In this document: one piece after another, positions 1 through 10,006 of the stretch
Layout of the letters: the number at the start of each line of letters is the position of its first letter
Numbering within the stretch: position 1 is the stretch's first letter
DNA from: Desulfatiglandales bacterium
GTDB taxonomy: Bacteria > Desulfobacterota > DSM-4660 > Desulfatiglandales > HGW-15
Assembly: GCA_963667015.2 (NCBI GenBank)
Contig: CAXXJJ010000004.1
Coordinates: 640,001-704,000, forward strand
Length of the DNA: 64,000 nucleotides
Direction of reading: 5' to 3'
The notes under the pieces: model-generated
The model's input: the letters and a program-made list of their open reading frames with translations, nothing else
Databases searched by the model: none
Told to the model about the DNA's origin: nothing
Made by a program: the position numbers and the translations under genes

Positions 1-88
1 AACCTGCATATCGGTCAGAAGCAGTGCCTAAACGGACATCAGGGCGAAGGTTCCTGAAGAAATAGACGTTGGATGTTTGTGATTGCAT
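1..88 (-). CDS. N-terminus of a probable DUF72-family protein (runs off the window)
   Basis: Manual translation from ATG at 88 gives MQSQTSNVYFFRNLRPDVRLGTASDRYAG. The GTASDRYAG segment resembles the DUF72 N-terminal motif. Not in the ORF track. Confidence 0.55.
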   Translation of the reverse strand, partial: MQSQTSNVYFFRNLRPDVRLGTASDRYAG

Positions 89-111
89 TCTGTTTATTTT
101 CCATTTAATTA

Positions 112-1218
112 TTAAAAGATTGTACCTCGCTGCTTGTCTGTTTCAAGCTGTGATGCCAGTCTCTCCGCCAGTAAAAGAAGTTCATCTTTCTTTTCCAGAC
201 CATCAATAAAACGTTTAGGGATATTGCTCAATCCAACCTGTGCACCTGTGAGAGCGCCGGTAAGAATAGCCCGTGACTGGTTCTGTCCCCCACCGTTTAC
301 AGCATGCAGAACCGCCGATTCAAAATCGTTATGGAATCTGGCCGACAGATAATATGCAGCCGGAATCATATGGTAAATTACGCATGACAAACCATAGACA
401 ATGGACACCTTCCAGGCTGGTTCGATACGTATATCAGGATCAGATGCAGCCCTGGCCATACATGAAGGTGAAGTCAAGGCATCAGGTGAGGCAAAGCGTC
501 CTGCCCGCGGGGGTTCAGGATCTCCAGTGCGCGGCGGCTGCATATTTTCACGTACTACCGAATGGAAAGGCAGCTCCCCTCTTTTTACCAGTTTCATAAG
601 TTTTCCGGAGATCTCCTGGTCCAGCTTGTGTCCCTGGACAAGAAGCCCCAGTACAGATCCAAATGCAACAGTCATTGATACAACAGTATCATCAACCTGT
701 GTAAGGATTGTATTGCTGGTAATTTCGGATGCAAGTTTTGCAGGGTTTAATGCGTATCTAACTGCTATGGCAAGGGTTCGCTCTATTGCTTCTGTAGTGT
801 CTGCATGCCCTCCTGTCTGCCCCCATGGTAACTTCTGCTTAACACGTTTGCGCCATGCTTCACGAATAGACTGGCTGGTATAATTACTCGGTCCATTTAC
901 AGGAGTTCCATCCAGAAGCGGAAAAAGCTCATCATCCATCCGACGGCAAAAATCCAGCTCATTGTATTCCCTGTTCTCAACAAGTGACCGGAGTAAAAGC
1001 AGAAGAATATATCCTGCCTGAGAAGGCTGACCGGCTTTCATACCATCATGGTAGCGACCGGGTTTAGGATCAGTGTATCCATCTATCCATTCCCCAAAGT
1101 CTCTGCGAAGTTCATTAAGGTCATAATACCAGTGGGGGCCAAGACCCAGGGCATCACCAATAAATGCGCCCATTATGGACCCGGCAGCACGATCTTTTAT
1201 ACCTGAAGAATCAATCAT
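112..1218 (-). CDS. ADP-ribosylglycohydrolase (DraG/ARH family)
   Basis: N-terminal GAFIGDALG and C-terminal AVNGGGQNQSRAILTGALTGA motifs typical of the family; 368 aa. Confidence 0.85.
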   Translation of the reverse strand: MIDSSGIKDRAAGSIMGAFIGDALGLGPHWYYDLNELRRDFGEWIDGYTDPKPGRYHDGMKAGQPSQAGYILLLLLRSLVENREYNELDFCRRMDDELFPLLDGTPVNGPSNYTSQSIREAWRKRVKQKLPWGQTGGHADTTEAIERTLAIAVRYALNPAKLASEITSNTILTQVDDTVVSMTVAFGSVLGLLVQGHKLDQEISGKLMKLVKRGELPFHSVVRENMQPPRTGDPEPPRAGRFASPDALTSPSCMARAASDPDIRIEPAWKVSIVYGLSCVIYHMIPAAYYLSARFHNDFESAVLHAVNGGGQNQSRAILTGALTGAQVGLSNIPKRFIDGLEKKDELLLLAERLASQLETDKQRGTIF

Positions 1219-1600
1219 GGTTTTCCCATAATTACATATTTTGAGTTTTTATTGAATACCCTTGCAAGGTTGTTCTTTTTACCTGCTTCCTGTCGATTGA
1301 TATTTCGAGGCATGTCCTATCGTCCTTATGTCTCAGAGTCCTTAGGTCAATGAGTCAATTACAGATCCCTTTATTGAGTAGCATTGCCTCTTCTCTTATT
1401 TCCGCAATAGAATCTTGCATAGCAATCTTTAGTGAGTTAATGCGTAATTTAACCGGTATATAGTCTAATTTAAGAAATCTTAATACAGCTAACAAATCCC
1501 ATTATCCAACTTAAGGCTATTAAGAAGTTATGTTGGTTAATAATGGATAGTAAAAAACAATTTCATCCTGCTAAAGTCAAACCAAAAACGAGGAGGAAAA

Positions 1601-1780
1601 ATGAAGAAACAGCAAAGTCATCAGCTACACATTATTTGGGATTATATAGCGTCACCGATAAAAATACCAGCGGAAACAAGAGAGAGATTGGTTGATTTTC
1701 TTAGCGAACTACTGTCGGCCTATTGGCAAGAATGTAAGGAAGACCAAAATAAAGATACAAGGAGGAATGAGAATGATTAA
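1601..1780 (+). CDS. 59-aa small protein upstream of and overlapping the recombinase
   Basis: AGGAGG RBS at 1590-1596, ATG 1601, TAA 1778-1780. Sequence MKKQQSHQLHIIWDYIASPIKIPAETRERLVDFLSELLSAYWQECKEDQNKDTRRNEND. Below the ORF-track cutoff. Confidence 0.6.
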   Translation: MKKQQSHQLHIIWDYIASPIKIPAETRERLVDFLSELLSAYWQECKEDQNKDTRRNEND

Positions 1781-2138
1781 TAAAATTAATGCTGAACATA
1801 TAAAGCGAAAAGCATTTATATACATTCGTCAGTCAACTACTGGCCAGGTTATACACCATCGTGAGAGCCAACTATTGCAATATGGTTTGGTAGAACGAGC
1901 AAAGGGATTAGGATGGAATGAGGAAAACATAAAAGTGATAGATAGTGATTTAGGTACGACTGCATCGGGATGTGTTGATAGAAAAGGATTTCAGGATCTT
2001 CTATCATCTGTTTGTGAGGGAAAGGCAGGTGCTATTTTTTCGATAGAAGTATCAAGGCTGGCTCGTAATGGTCGAGAGTGGCATACGTTGCTTGAGATCT
2101 GTGCGCTTACCCATTTATTTCAATACCTTTTCGCTTGA
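1767..2138 (+). pseudogene. Truncated serine recombinase (catalytic domain only, probably from a large serine recombinase)
   Basis: YIRQST catalytic Ser motif, DSDLG and EVSRLARN motifs. Homology stops after LLEICAL (about 2107) and runs into unrelated DNA; no DNA-binding domains. GGAGG at 1761-1765 fits ATG 1773 best, ATG 1767 is also in frame. Confidence 0.8.
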
Positions 2139-2139
2139 C

Positions 2140-2219
2140 GCCAATATTCAGATCTACGGAAACCTGTTTTACACATTCAATCACAACTTTTGCACTCATT
2201 TCATTTACCCTTGAATATG
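2140..2219 (-). pseudogene. Short SF1 helicase remnant, diverged copy of 2987-3066
   Basis: 66/80 nt identical by manual alignment. Translates YSRVNEMSAKVVIECVKQVSVDLNIG versus YSRVYEKSAEAVIKCVKQVSGDLGIG. Confidence 0.75.
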
Positions 2220-2328
2220 CGGAATAAGGGACATAGTCAAAAAAGTAAATCAAGTTATTTTATGTCGAGGATCTGTTCTTTTCCAACTGGCATCCTGCCT
2301 CTTTAAACAGAAAGTAAACGTAAATTTA

Positions 2329-2354
2329 CTCGTCCCATAAATTTATGGGACGAG
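2329..2354. repeat. Perfect 26-bp palindrome CTCGTCCCATAAATTTATGGGACGAG
   Basis: Directly visible; no loop. Confidence 0.85.
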
Positions 2355-2646
2355 CAGGAAAATTATCAATAAAATTACCTAACTATTTGATACATCTATT
2401 ATTTTACGAAAACAGGTTTTTGATTTTAGTGGACAGGTAATAATTCATCATCGTAAGCGTCAATTCAATTATTATTTGGCTTTCCTATTTAAAAAAGGGA
2501 ATGATGAGGAATGGAAAGGAAATCTCACGATGCTGGATGTAAAGTGCAATGCGGACGATTTCACTGAGGCCGCAAGAACGATAAATATTTTTTAATCCCA
2601 AAATAAATCTATGTATGGTATAAAGATAAAATTCCGGAGGAATAAA

Positions 2647-2826
2647 ATGAAAGAATTCAGTGTAATAATAGAAAAAGACGAGGATGGTTTTTTTGTTGCA
2701 TCTGTTCCTGCTCTCCTTGGTTGCCATACTCAGGCTAAATCCCTCGATACATTGATGAAAAGAGTAAAGGAGGCGATTGAGCTCTGTCTTGAAACAGAAA
2801 AACCGATAACCAGTGAATTCATGTAA
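2647..2826 (+). CDS. hicB: HicB-family antitoxin, orphan and possibly C-terminally clipped
   Basis: FSVIIEKDEDGFFVASVPALLGCHTQAKSLDTLMKRVKEAIELCLE is the short HicB (UPF0150) pattern. GGAGG RBS at 2636-2640. No hicA recognised nearby. Confidence 0.8.
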   Translation: MKEFSVIIEKDEDGFFVASVPALLGCHTQAKSLDTLMKRVKEAIELCLETEKPITSEFM

Positions 2827-2845
2827 AAGATGACGCTGTTAAGTT

Positions 2846-3300
2846 TTAAAGCTTGTACCAATTGGGCTGCTTGTAAGTGGAACTGGAATGTGGTGTACTG
2901 CATTTAATTGGGATTCTATGGTTCGGCTGTTCTTCCTTAAGGAGATCATTTATGTATTTTGATTGTTCGGTATATGGTGTAATAATGCCGATGCCCAGAT
3001 CACCGGAAACCTGTTTTACACATTTAATAACAGCTTCTGCACTCTTTTCATATACTCTAGAATATGAACCTCTCCGACGTTTACAAAAAGCCTCATCAAG
3101 TGCTACCTGATAAATACTCCTACCCATTGCCTTTTTAACAAATGGATTGTTTGACTGAACCACCGGCGGAAGCTGCATTGGATCACCAACAATAACCGAT
3201 TTTTCTCTTGCCATTGTTGTACTGCAGCAAAGAGAAGGGAGCACAGCCATTTCTGCCTCTTCAACAATTATACAGTCAAAGACCTCATTTTTTAAAATGT
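2846..3300 (-). pseudogene. Fragment of an SF1 (UPF1/DNA2-like) helicase
   Basis: VFDCIIVEEAEM (motif II, upstream of the tracked ATG), IVGDPMQLPPVV (motif III) and IGIITPY. No Walker A; internally deleted. Confidence 0.75.
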
Positions 3301-3383
3301 CTCCTGTTTAAAATATAGGCCTTCACTTTTCACATCCTTACTGACCACTGTGAAAAGTAAAGACCTGACACTGTTTCTTTCTT

Positions 3384-6300
3384 CTATTTTATTTTCTCTA
3401 CTTTATGTGAAGATACTGCTTCACCCTGTTTATATAATTTGTCAAACTTATTAGTATTGATGGTTGTTTTTTTATAAGCGTTATCCATAAGCTCTCTGGA
3501 ATCAAATATATCCAGATAGATCTCGGCAAATTTACCCAGTAAGGGTAATATGTATGTTCCTGTTCTGAATAATAATCCTTCAGGATTTTCGTTTGCTTTT
3601 ACTTCAAGCTTATCAAAACATCCCCGGATAAAATTTGCCAGATCAGGAGCAAATCCTTCCACATGGGTCTGGGCGCCTTTAAGGGCCTTTATCCAGTTTG
3701 TTACCGGCATATATACCTTTTTCCCATCTGCTCCAATCCAGTCCATATGGTATCCTATAAGCTCCTGTGAGCTGATATTCCCGAATATTCCTGAACCACC
3801 TCCGCCACCACCTCCTTCACTCTCGCCTCCATTATTATCTCCATTATCACCTCCATTATTAGGAGGTGGCTCACAATCGGTTAATCTGGTCAGGGTAGGA
3901 TCCCCCAGGATAATTCTGGGGGCGTAATAATAATCCCATAAATCCAATTCTAGTGAATTAAAAAGATAAAACAGAGGAACATTAATATGAGTCTTAAATG
4001 ATTGCCCGAAGTTTTTACCTGAATCTAAAGCCGCAGCAATATTATGCCCATAAAATCCCTCAACATTGCTGGGCATATTACAGGTAACTATATATGTTGA
4101 ACCCTGTGCAACGACAACCATGCTGGTTGGGCTGTAAAGAATGGATGTTAAGAAGTTATCAACATAATCCAGGTTCCCTACAGAGCAGCCAGTAGTTGTA
4201 AAAAAGGCAGTTTTCACAGGATTATTTTCAACCCATGAAATATCAATTTGCCCGTTTGATGAAGGTGTTCCATGTGTATGGGTATTTGTAAAATCAGACA
4301 GGCCTGCGGATAAGTCAGCGTAACCCTGCGCAACGGTCAATCCTTGCGAAGGGCTTTCAAAGTATATTCGTGCGGAAGGAGCATTACTGAAGGGTGTCCA
4401 GGCATTGTCTCCATCCTCTAATTCATAAAGGAGATCATTGTGCTCTTCAACTGTTGCTGCTGTGTAAATTTCACTGATATGCAAAAAGGCCTCTGGTAAG
4501 GTATAGTTGCAGGTGCGGTACTCATGGTTTTTTTTAAAATACCGCTTTAGGGCGCTTACAGTATCAGTAAGATTGTCTTTGTAATATGGCAGTACACCCA
4601 CCCAGATCTCCCATTCCAGATTTCCGCTATGGATATCAAATGAATAATCCTTTCCGCCCGGTGATACATATCCAGCCGATGTTTCGAATATGCCATCCAG
4701 GTCACTATAATATTGATAGCTTATCACTTCATATTCTTCAGGGTTAGAACCAGGGGTTATGTACCATTGATATGCATAAGGTATATTTCCTATTAAAATT
4801 GCACCTTCGAGCTCTTCATCTGTCTGCACATACAATTCCTGTAGATACTCTCTGATTTCTGGTGGAGTTATATTGCTGACCACTTTTTCAATGACTGTAT
4901 ACCCTTCATTGGTTAGATCTGTTTTAAATTGGCTGAGCTCTGAATTGATCTGTGCAGATAACATGGCATCTATAATCAAGGCTACAGTGCCATTTGGAGG
5001 ATTGTTTAACCGGTTGGCGTTAACAGTCAGAAGTTCCAGATTGGTAAGGTTATCCAGTTCAGGAGGTATATTACCAGTCAATTGGTTGTTGTGCAGGAAG
5101 AGGGATTTCAGGTTTACCAGATTTCCCAGCTCTGAAGGGATAGTGCCTGTTAACTGGTTGTCGGACAGGTCAAGCGCAGTCAGGTTTATCAGATCTCCCA
5201 GTTTTGAAGGGATAGTACCTGTCAACTGATTATCGGACAGACTGAGTTCTTCCAGATTTAGCATATTTTCAATAAATGAAGGGATAGTGCCTGTTAATTG
5301 ATTATTAGACAGGTTAAAAATATTCAGGTTTATCAGATTACCCAGGTCTGAAGGGATTGCTCCTGTTAATTGATTGTTGTACAGGTCAAGCACAGTCAGG
5401 TTTATCAGATTTCCAAATACCGATGGAATAGGGCCTGTGAGTTCATTATAAGCCAGATCAAGCCGTGTAAGGTTGGTCAGATTACCAATTTCCAGGGGTA
5501 AAGTCCCAATCAGTTTATTGAAGGATAACGATAGCTTCTCAAGGTTTGTCAGGTTACCCAGTTCTGCAGGTATGGGGCCTGTTAGTTCATTGCCCATCAA
5601 AATCAGGCTCTCAAGGTTAGTCAGGTTGCCCAGTTCTGCAGGTATAGTACCTGTGAGTTCATTACTGTACAGGGATAAATCCTGAAGATTAGTCAGGTTA
5701 CCCAGTTGTGCAGGTATAGTACCGGTGAGTTGGTTACCAGACAAGTAAAGGACTTCAAGGTTATCCAGAGCCTCCAGCTCATGAGGTATGGTGCCTGTTA
5801 ACTGGTTGTAGGCTATGCTAAGAGATCTAAGATTAAGCAGGTCACACAGCTCCAGGGGTATTGTCCCTGTGAGATTGTTAAATGTTAAATCGAGCGATTG
5901 AAGATTGATCATATTACCAATTTCCGGAGGTATAGGACCGCTGAGTTCATTGCCCATCAAAATCAGGCTCTCAAGATTAGCCAGATTGCCCAGTTCAGGA
6001 GGTATTGAACCGGTGAGTTGATTATAATCTAAACTAAGCATTTTTAGGTTTTGAAGAGCCTCCAGCTCAGGGGGTATTGTACCTGTGAGTTCATTGACGC
6101 TCAGAAACAGGGTCTTAAGATTAGTCAAATTTCCCAGTTCAGGGGGTATTGTACCTGTGAGTTCATTGCTACTCAGAGCCAGGGTCTCAAGATTAGTCAG
6201 GTTACCCAGTTCTGCAGGTATAGTGCCTGTAAGTTCACTACCAAACAGGTATAGGTCTTTAAGATTTATCATATTGCCCAGTTCAGGAGGTATAGTACCG

Positions 6301-6761
6301 GTAAGTTGATTAGGACCTAAAGCAAGCTTTGTGAGGTTTTGAAGAGCCCCCAGTTCAGGGGGTATTGTACCTGTGAGTTCATTGCCCATCAGAGACAGGT
6401 TCTCAAGATTAGTCAAATTGCCCAGTTCAGGAGGTATAGTACCGGTTAGATTGTTTTGCAAAAGATCAATATCATAGACACTGTCATCTGTTACAGTTAT
6501 ACCAAACCATGTATTTTCAGTGCCGGGCACTGCAAATCCATCCGCATCAACAGGTGCAGCCTTCCAGCCTGAATTATCGGTCCAGCCGTCTCCGTTTGTG
6601 CTGTTATAAAGCGCTATAAGAGCGGCTCTTTCGGACGCAGGTATTGCACCATAAGCAGCAGAATGGATTGATAACGCAATCAGAATGATAAATATCATGG
6701 ATTTAAATTGTTTAATACCAAAGAGACCCGGTGTAGATGATGCATACTTGGAACAGTTCAT
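3384..6761 (-). CDS. Secreted protein with about 20 plant-type 24-aa LRRs, a peptidase C25 (gingipain)-like domain and a Gly-rich linker plus C-terminal tail
   Basis: Hydrophobic signal-like segment; ERAALIALYNSTNGDGW N-cap; 20 full LxxLxxLxLxxNxLTGxIPxELG repeats. Then GAILIGNIP, YSDLDG, EIWVGVLP, THG, TGCSVG and ILGDPTL, consistent with the C25 fold and a His/Cys dyad. Confidence 0.8.
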   Translation of the reverse strand: MNCSKYASSTPGLFGIKQFKSMIFIILIALSIHSAAYGAIPASERAALIALYNSTNGDGWTDNSGWKAAPVDADGFAVPGTENTWFGITVTDDSVYDIDLLQNNLTGTIPPELGNLTNLENLSLMGNELTGTIPPELGALQNLTKLALGPNQLTGTIPPELGNMINLKDLYLFGSELTGTIPAELGNLTNLETLALSSNELTGTIPPELGNLTNLKTLFLSVNELTGTIPPELEALQNLKMLSLDYNQLTGSIPPELGNLANLESLILMGNELSGPIPPEIGNMINLQSLDLTFNNLTGTIPLELCDLLNLRSLSIAYNQLTGTIPHELEALDNLEVLYLSGNQLTGTIPAQLGNLTNLQDLSLYSNELTGTIPAELGNLTNLESLILMGNELTGPIPAELGNLTNLEKLSLSFNKLIGTLPLEIGNLTNLTRLDLAYNELTGPIPSVFGNLINLTVLDLYNNQLTGAIPSDLGNLINLNIFNLSNNQLTGTIPSFIENMLNLEELSLSDNQLTGTIPSKLGDLINLTALDLSDNQLTGTIPSELGNLVNLKSLFLHNNQLTGNIPPELDNLTNLELLTVNANRLNNPPNGTVALIIDAMLSAQINSELSQFKTDLTNEGYTVIEKVVSNITPPEIREYLQELYVQTDEELEGAILIGNIPYAYQWYITPGSNPEEYEVISYQYYSDLDGIFETSAGYVSPGGKDYSFDIHSGNLEWEIWVGVLPYYKDNLTDTVSALKRYFKKNHEYRTCNYTLPEAFLHISEIYTAATVEEHNDLLYELEDGDNAWTPFSNAPSARIYFESPSQGLTVAQGYADLSAGLSDFTNTHTHGTPSSNGQIDISWVENNPVKTAFFTTTGCSVGNLDYVDNFLTSILYSPTSMVVVAQGSTYIVTCNMPSNVEGFYGHNIAAALDSGKNFGQSFKTHINVPLFYLFNSLELDLWDYYYAPRIILGDPTLTRLTDCEPPPNNGGDNGDNNGGESEGGGGGGGSGIFGNISSQELIGYHMDWIGADGKKVYMPVTNWIKALKGAQTHVEGFAPDLANFIRGCFDKLEVKANENPEGLLFRTGTYILPLLGKFAEIYLDIFDSRELMDNAYKKTTINTNKFDKLYKQGEAVSSHKVEKIK
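5010..6470 (-). repeat. 72-bp tandem coding repeat array (LRR units)
   Basis: Recurring CCCAGTTCAGGAGGTATAGTACC-like units at 72-bp period. Units near 5583 and 5943 are nearly identical. Confidence 0.85.
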
Positions 6762-7191
6762 ATCTCAATCTCCTCTATTAAAGTAATTCATGTAACATCT
6801 TTGCTCATCAATCTATTAACAAAAGGCTATCAGGTTAAAAAAAGGCTCAACCTTATAACGTGCTACTATTCAAAAATGCTTAGAAAACACTATCTGAAGA
6901 ATATGAAAGGCCTTCATTATAAATCTTGTTGTATCAGGGGCCGGAATTTACTGTAACTTTAATGCAGAACACTGTATGTGTAAACATCATAAAATTAACA
7001 GATTATTTACAGTAAAAAACTGCATTTGATATTTAGTAATAACTGAAGTAAAAACAGATGTCCTGTGATTGTTTTCTTATGGTCCAATGGTAACATCGCC
7101 TTTGGACGCTCTGCGTCCCTTGTTAAATGTTAATGGAAAAGCCTCTTACCTAGATCATCTTTTAGAATTTTCTATCAAGTAAGAAGAAGCG

Positions 7192-10002
7192 TCAGTTGGA
7201 CCCTTCCCAATAGTCTTGTCGATCAATTGGTGTATGCAGAAGGTAGTATTCGTTACTGTACTTCTTTGTCATATTCAAATCGTTTTTATATTCAACCTCA
7301 TTGCCCATTTTGCGGTATATCTCAGATCTGTATAGATAGGCTAAGGCATTATTAGGATCTTTTTCTATAACCCTGCTGAAATCAGAAATGGCTTTATCAA
7401 GCTGGCCTTTCTTTTCATAAGCCAGCCCTCTATTGATATAACTGGCAAGTGATTCAACAACCATGTATTTTTTTAATATATTTGCAAACCTCCGTGAGGC
7501 TGGGCCATAATACTTGAAGACATACTTAGGAACACTTCTTGTGCTATTAATAATAAGAGAATTAAAGTCCTGTCCCGCTTTTGGATAAAGTATCGGGTTG
7601 ATAAATGCATCAGGTCTTTCAGATATTATTTCTATAGCCTTGCTATAATCATTTACAGCTTTATCAAGTTCACCAATGTCTTCGTATGCCGTCCCGCGGT
7701 TGTTATACGCATTGATAAGATCAGGGTTTATCTCCAGTGCCTTGCTATAATCATCAATCGCCTGCCTGTACTCGCCGTCACTGTAATATGCATTGCCGCG
7801 AAGCAGGTAAGTTCCGGCATCTGCACCATCCAGGTCAAGAACCTTTGAAAAGTCTTTAATAGCCTTGCTAATTTTGCTACCGAGAAACGGTTGGAGATGT
7901 GCAATGCCTCTGCTTAAGTATGCTGATGAGTATTGGGGATCTATTTTAATAGCCCTGGTATAATCGGCAATGGCCTGTGGATATGATTGTTTTGCGAAAT
8001 AGGCATTGCCCCGGTTAATGTACGCATTAATATTTACAGGATCAATCTTTATGGCTTTTTTATAATCCTTTATAGCCTTTTTAAAGATTTGATCGGCCTG
8101 TTTATCTCTCTTCATGCGCTGTTTATATCCCTCTTTATTAGCCCATGACTTTACCTGGTTGATGTATTCGCTCCTGTTCGCATAGCGTTCTTTCGAGGCA
8201 TTCACATATGCCAGTCCCCGGTTATTATACGCTGCAGCATCATCAGGGTTTATCTTAATCGCCTTTGTGTAATCTTTTATGGCCTGTTCATAATCCTGTT
8301 TATCCATATAGTGATTACCGCGAAGTATGTACAGTCTGGCATCCGAATCATTCAGTTCTATCTGCCTGTTTAAATCTGCAATTGCACTATCAATATCCAC
8401 TTTTTTAGTATCAATTGCGGCATCTTCAGGTATGACAGTTGAAATCGCATTATCGGGGACAGCAGCAGAGTTCAAATCAGGATTTTCCTCGGTTTCATTC
8501 TGTGCCAATACTGGATTTTCTGCCTGATCTTTTATTAATTCGGGTTCATCGGACGATTGGACACTGGCTAAATCAATCGTTTTTTCATTCTTATTCATTG
8601 CCTTTGTATCAACAGATGCCATAACAATAACCGGCTCTTTATTCTCCTGCACCTGATTGTTTGACAATTCTTTCTGAGGCATTGTTTCGGTATTCGGTAT
8701 TGACTGCAGATTGTCAGCTTCATTAAAAGCTTTTGGTTCGAGTATATTTTCTTGTACAGGTTTTTGGTCCTCTTTTGTTATCGAAACAATGTTTATTACT
8801 TGTATTGGTTCCAGTAATTCTTTTGCTGTATTGTTGAATTCTACTGACTTGACCCGGGCATGAATACCCGCAATGCTAAACGTCAGAACAGCAATGCACA
8901 CAAATACTATTGTTTTAAAACTCAATCTTGTATTCATGGCATTACTCCTTTTACTGGACAGGATCTGTTCTACCCTTTTAATAAGGTTAAAACCTTTCCC
9001 GGCCATACCGGAAGCAAATGGTATATTGCTAATCAATGATACCTTTTCTGCCAGGTTCATAAGGCATCTTGAGTAATCCGCTGGCGAAAGCTCATTTAAT
9101 ACATAATTATCAGATACCTCTTCCCTTGCCTGTTCATGCTCCCTGTTTATGATATATACAAACGGGTTCCACCAGTGAAAGGCTATTACAAATCGTTTAA
9201 TGCTCCCTGTTATCTGGTCATAGTGGTATATGTGCGCCATCTCATGAAGAAGGATGCTTTTTAGTTCATTATCACTCATAGTATCCAACAGTTTTTCAGG
9301 GATAATGATTGCAGGATGTATAAAACCAATAGCCATTGGAGACTCTATCAGGGATGAGCGGTAGAGCCTGGGAATAATGCGGCCCTTCCTGAATAATGTT
9401 ACTGCTATATTATTCAGCATATTATTAAAGGATGCATCCTTTACAGCTTCAAGATTGCCTTTAAACATTCTTACTATTATTAATCCATAGCCAAGCCTCA
9501 ACACCTGGAACAGGACACCCATCAGCCAGATAATACCCAGTGCATTAATAAAAATAATCGCCTGTTCCTTTAAAGAAATAGATAAGGAATAGGGCTCTGA
9601 AACAGCTTGACCAACAATAATGTCATCGGAATATAACAATGGAGCAGATGATGTTGCAGGCGATGGCGCAGGGGAAACAACAGGCAATTGCTCAATCGGT
9701 GATTGCATTTCCCCCACTAGAGGCGGTATTTTTACCATCTCTGTAATCTTTCTTTCATTAAGCCCTGCAGGAGCATACTGAGTAAAGTCTGCGTCATACA
9801 GTCTGTATCCGAAGAAGATAACAAACATAAGACCCAGGGCTGCCATTGTCGCAGAGCAGACAAGACTCCGGACAGGCGCAGATCGTCTGGAAAGGAGTCT
9901 GATTGCTGCAATCCCGATAAGGGAAACCAGAGTAGACTGCAGGGCCAGGCTCATAATATAACCTGCAAGCTCCTGATTCGATATAAAAGAGGGAATAACC
10001 AT
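7192..10002 (-). CDS. BlaR1/M56 zinc metallopeptidase signal transducer with C-terminal TPR domain (paralogue A)
   Basis: N-terminal TM helices, HEMAH zinc motif, FHWWNPFVY, REEVSD, then multiple AYxNRGxAY TPRs. Confidence 0.9.
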   Translation of the reverse strand: MVIPSFISNQELAGYIMSLALQSTLVSLIGIAAIRLLSRRSAPVRSLVCSATMAALGLMFVIFFGYRLYDADFTQYAPAGLNERKITEMVKIPPLVGEMQSPIEQLPVVSPAPSPATSSAPLLYSDDIIVGQAVSEPYSLSISLKEQAIIFINALGIIWLMGVLFQVLRLGYGLIIVRMFKGNLEAVKDASFNNMLNNIAVTLFRKGRIIPRLYRSSLIESPMAIGFIHPAIIIPEKLLDTMSDNELKSILLHEMAHIYHYDQITGSIKRFVIAFHWWNPFVYIINREHEQAREEVSDNYVLNELSPADYSRCLMNLAEKVSLISNIPFASGMAGKGFNLIKRVEQILSSKRSNAMNTRLSFKTIVFVCIAVLTFSIAGIHARVKSVEFNNTAKELLEPIQVINIVSITKEDQKPVQENILEPKAFNEADNLQSIPNTETMPQKELSNNQVQENKEPVIVMASVDTKAMNKNEKTIDLASVQSSDEPELIKDQAENPVLAQNETEENPDLNSAAVPDNAISTVIPEDAAIDTKKVDIDSAIADLNRQIELNDSDARLYILRGNHYMDKQDYEQAIKDYTKAIKINPDDAAAYNNRGLAYVNASKERYANRSEYINQVKSWANKEGYKQRMKRDKQADQIFKKAIKDYKKAIKIDPVNINAYINRGNAYFAKQSYPQAIADYTRAIKIDPQYSSAYLSRGIAHLQPFLGSKISKAIKDFSKVLDLDGADAGTYLLRGNAYYSDGEYRQAIDDYSKALEINPDLINAYNNRGTAYEDIGELDKAVNDYSKAIEIISERPDAFINPILYPKAGQDFNSLIINSTRSVPKYVFKYYGPASRRFANILKKYMVVESLASYINRGLAYEKKGQLDKAISDFSRVIEKDPNNALAYLYRSEIYRKMGNEVEYKNDLNMTKKYSNEYYLLHTPIDRQDYWEGSN

Positions 10003-10006
10003 TTAT

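Noticed and set aside
4873..6309. Antisense ORFs over the LRR gene, and similar shadow ORFs across the window
   Set aside because: They lie opposite well-supported genes and show no independent motifs or RBS.
7085..7137. Integron attC-like site (TAAC...hairpin...GTTA)
   Set aside because: Too short, R/L boxes do not pair properly, and there is no integrase. More likely a degenerate GGACGCAGAGCGTCC repeat.
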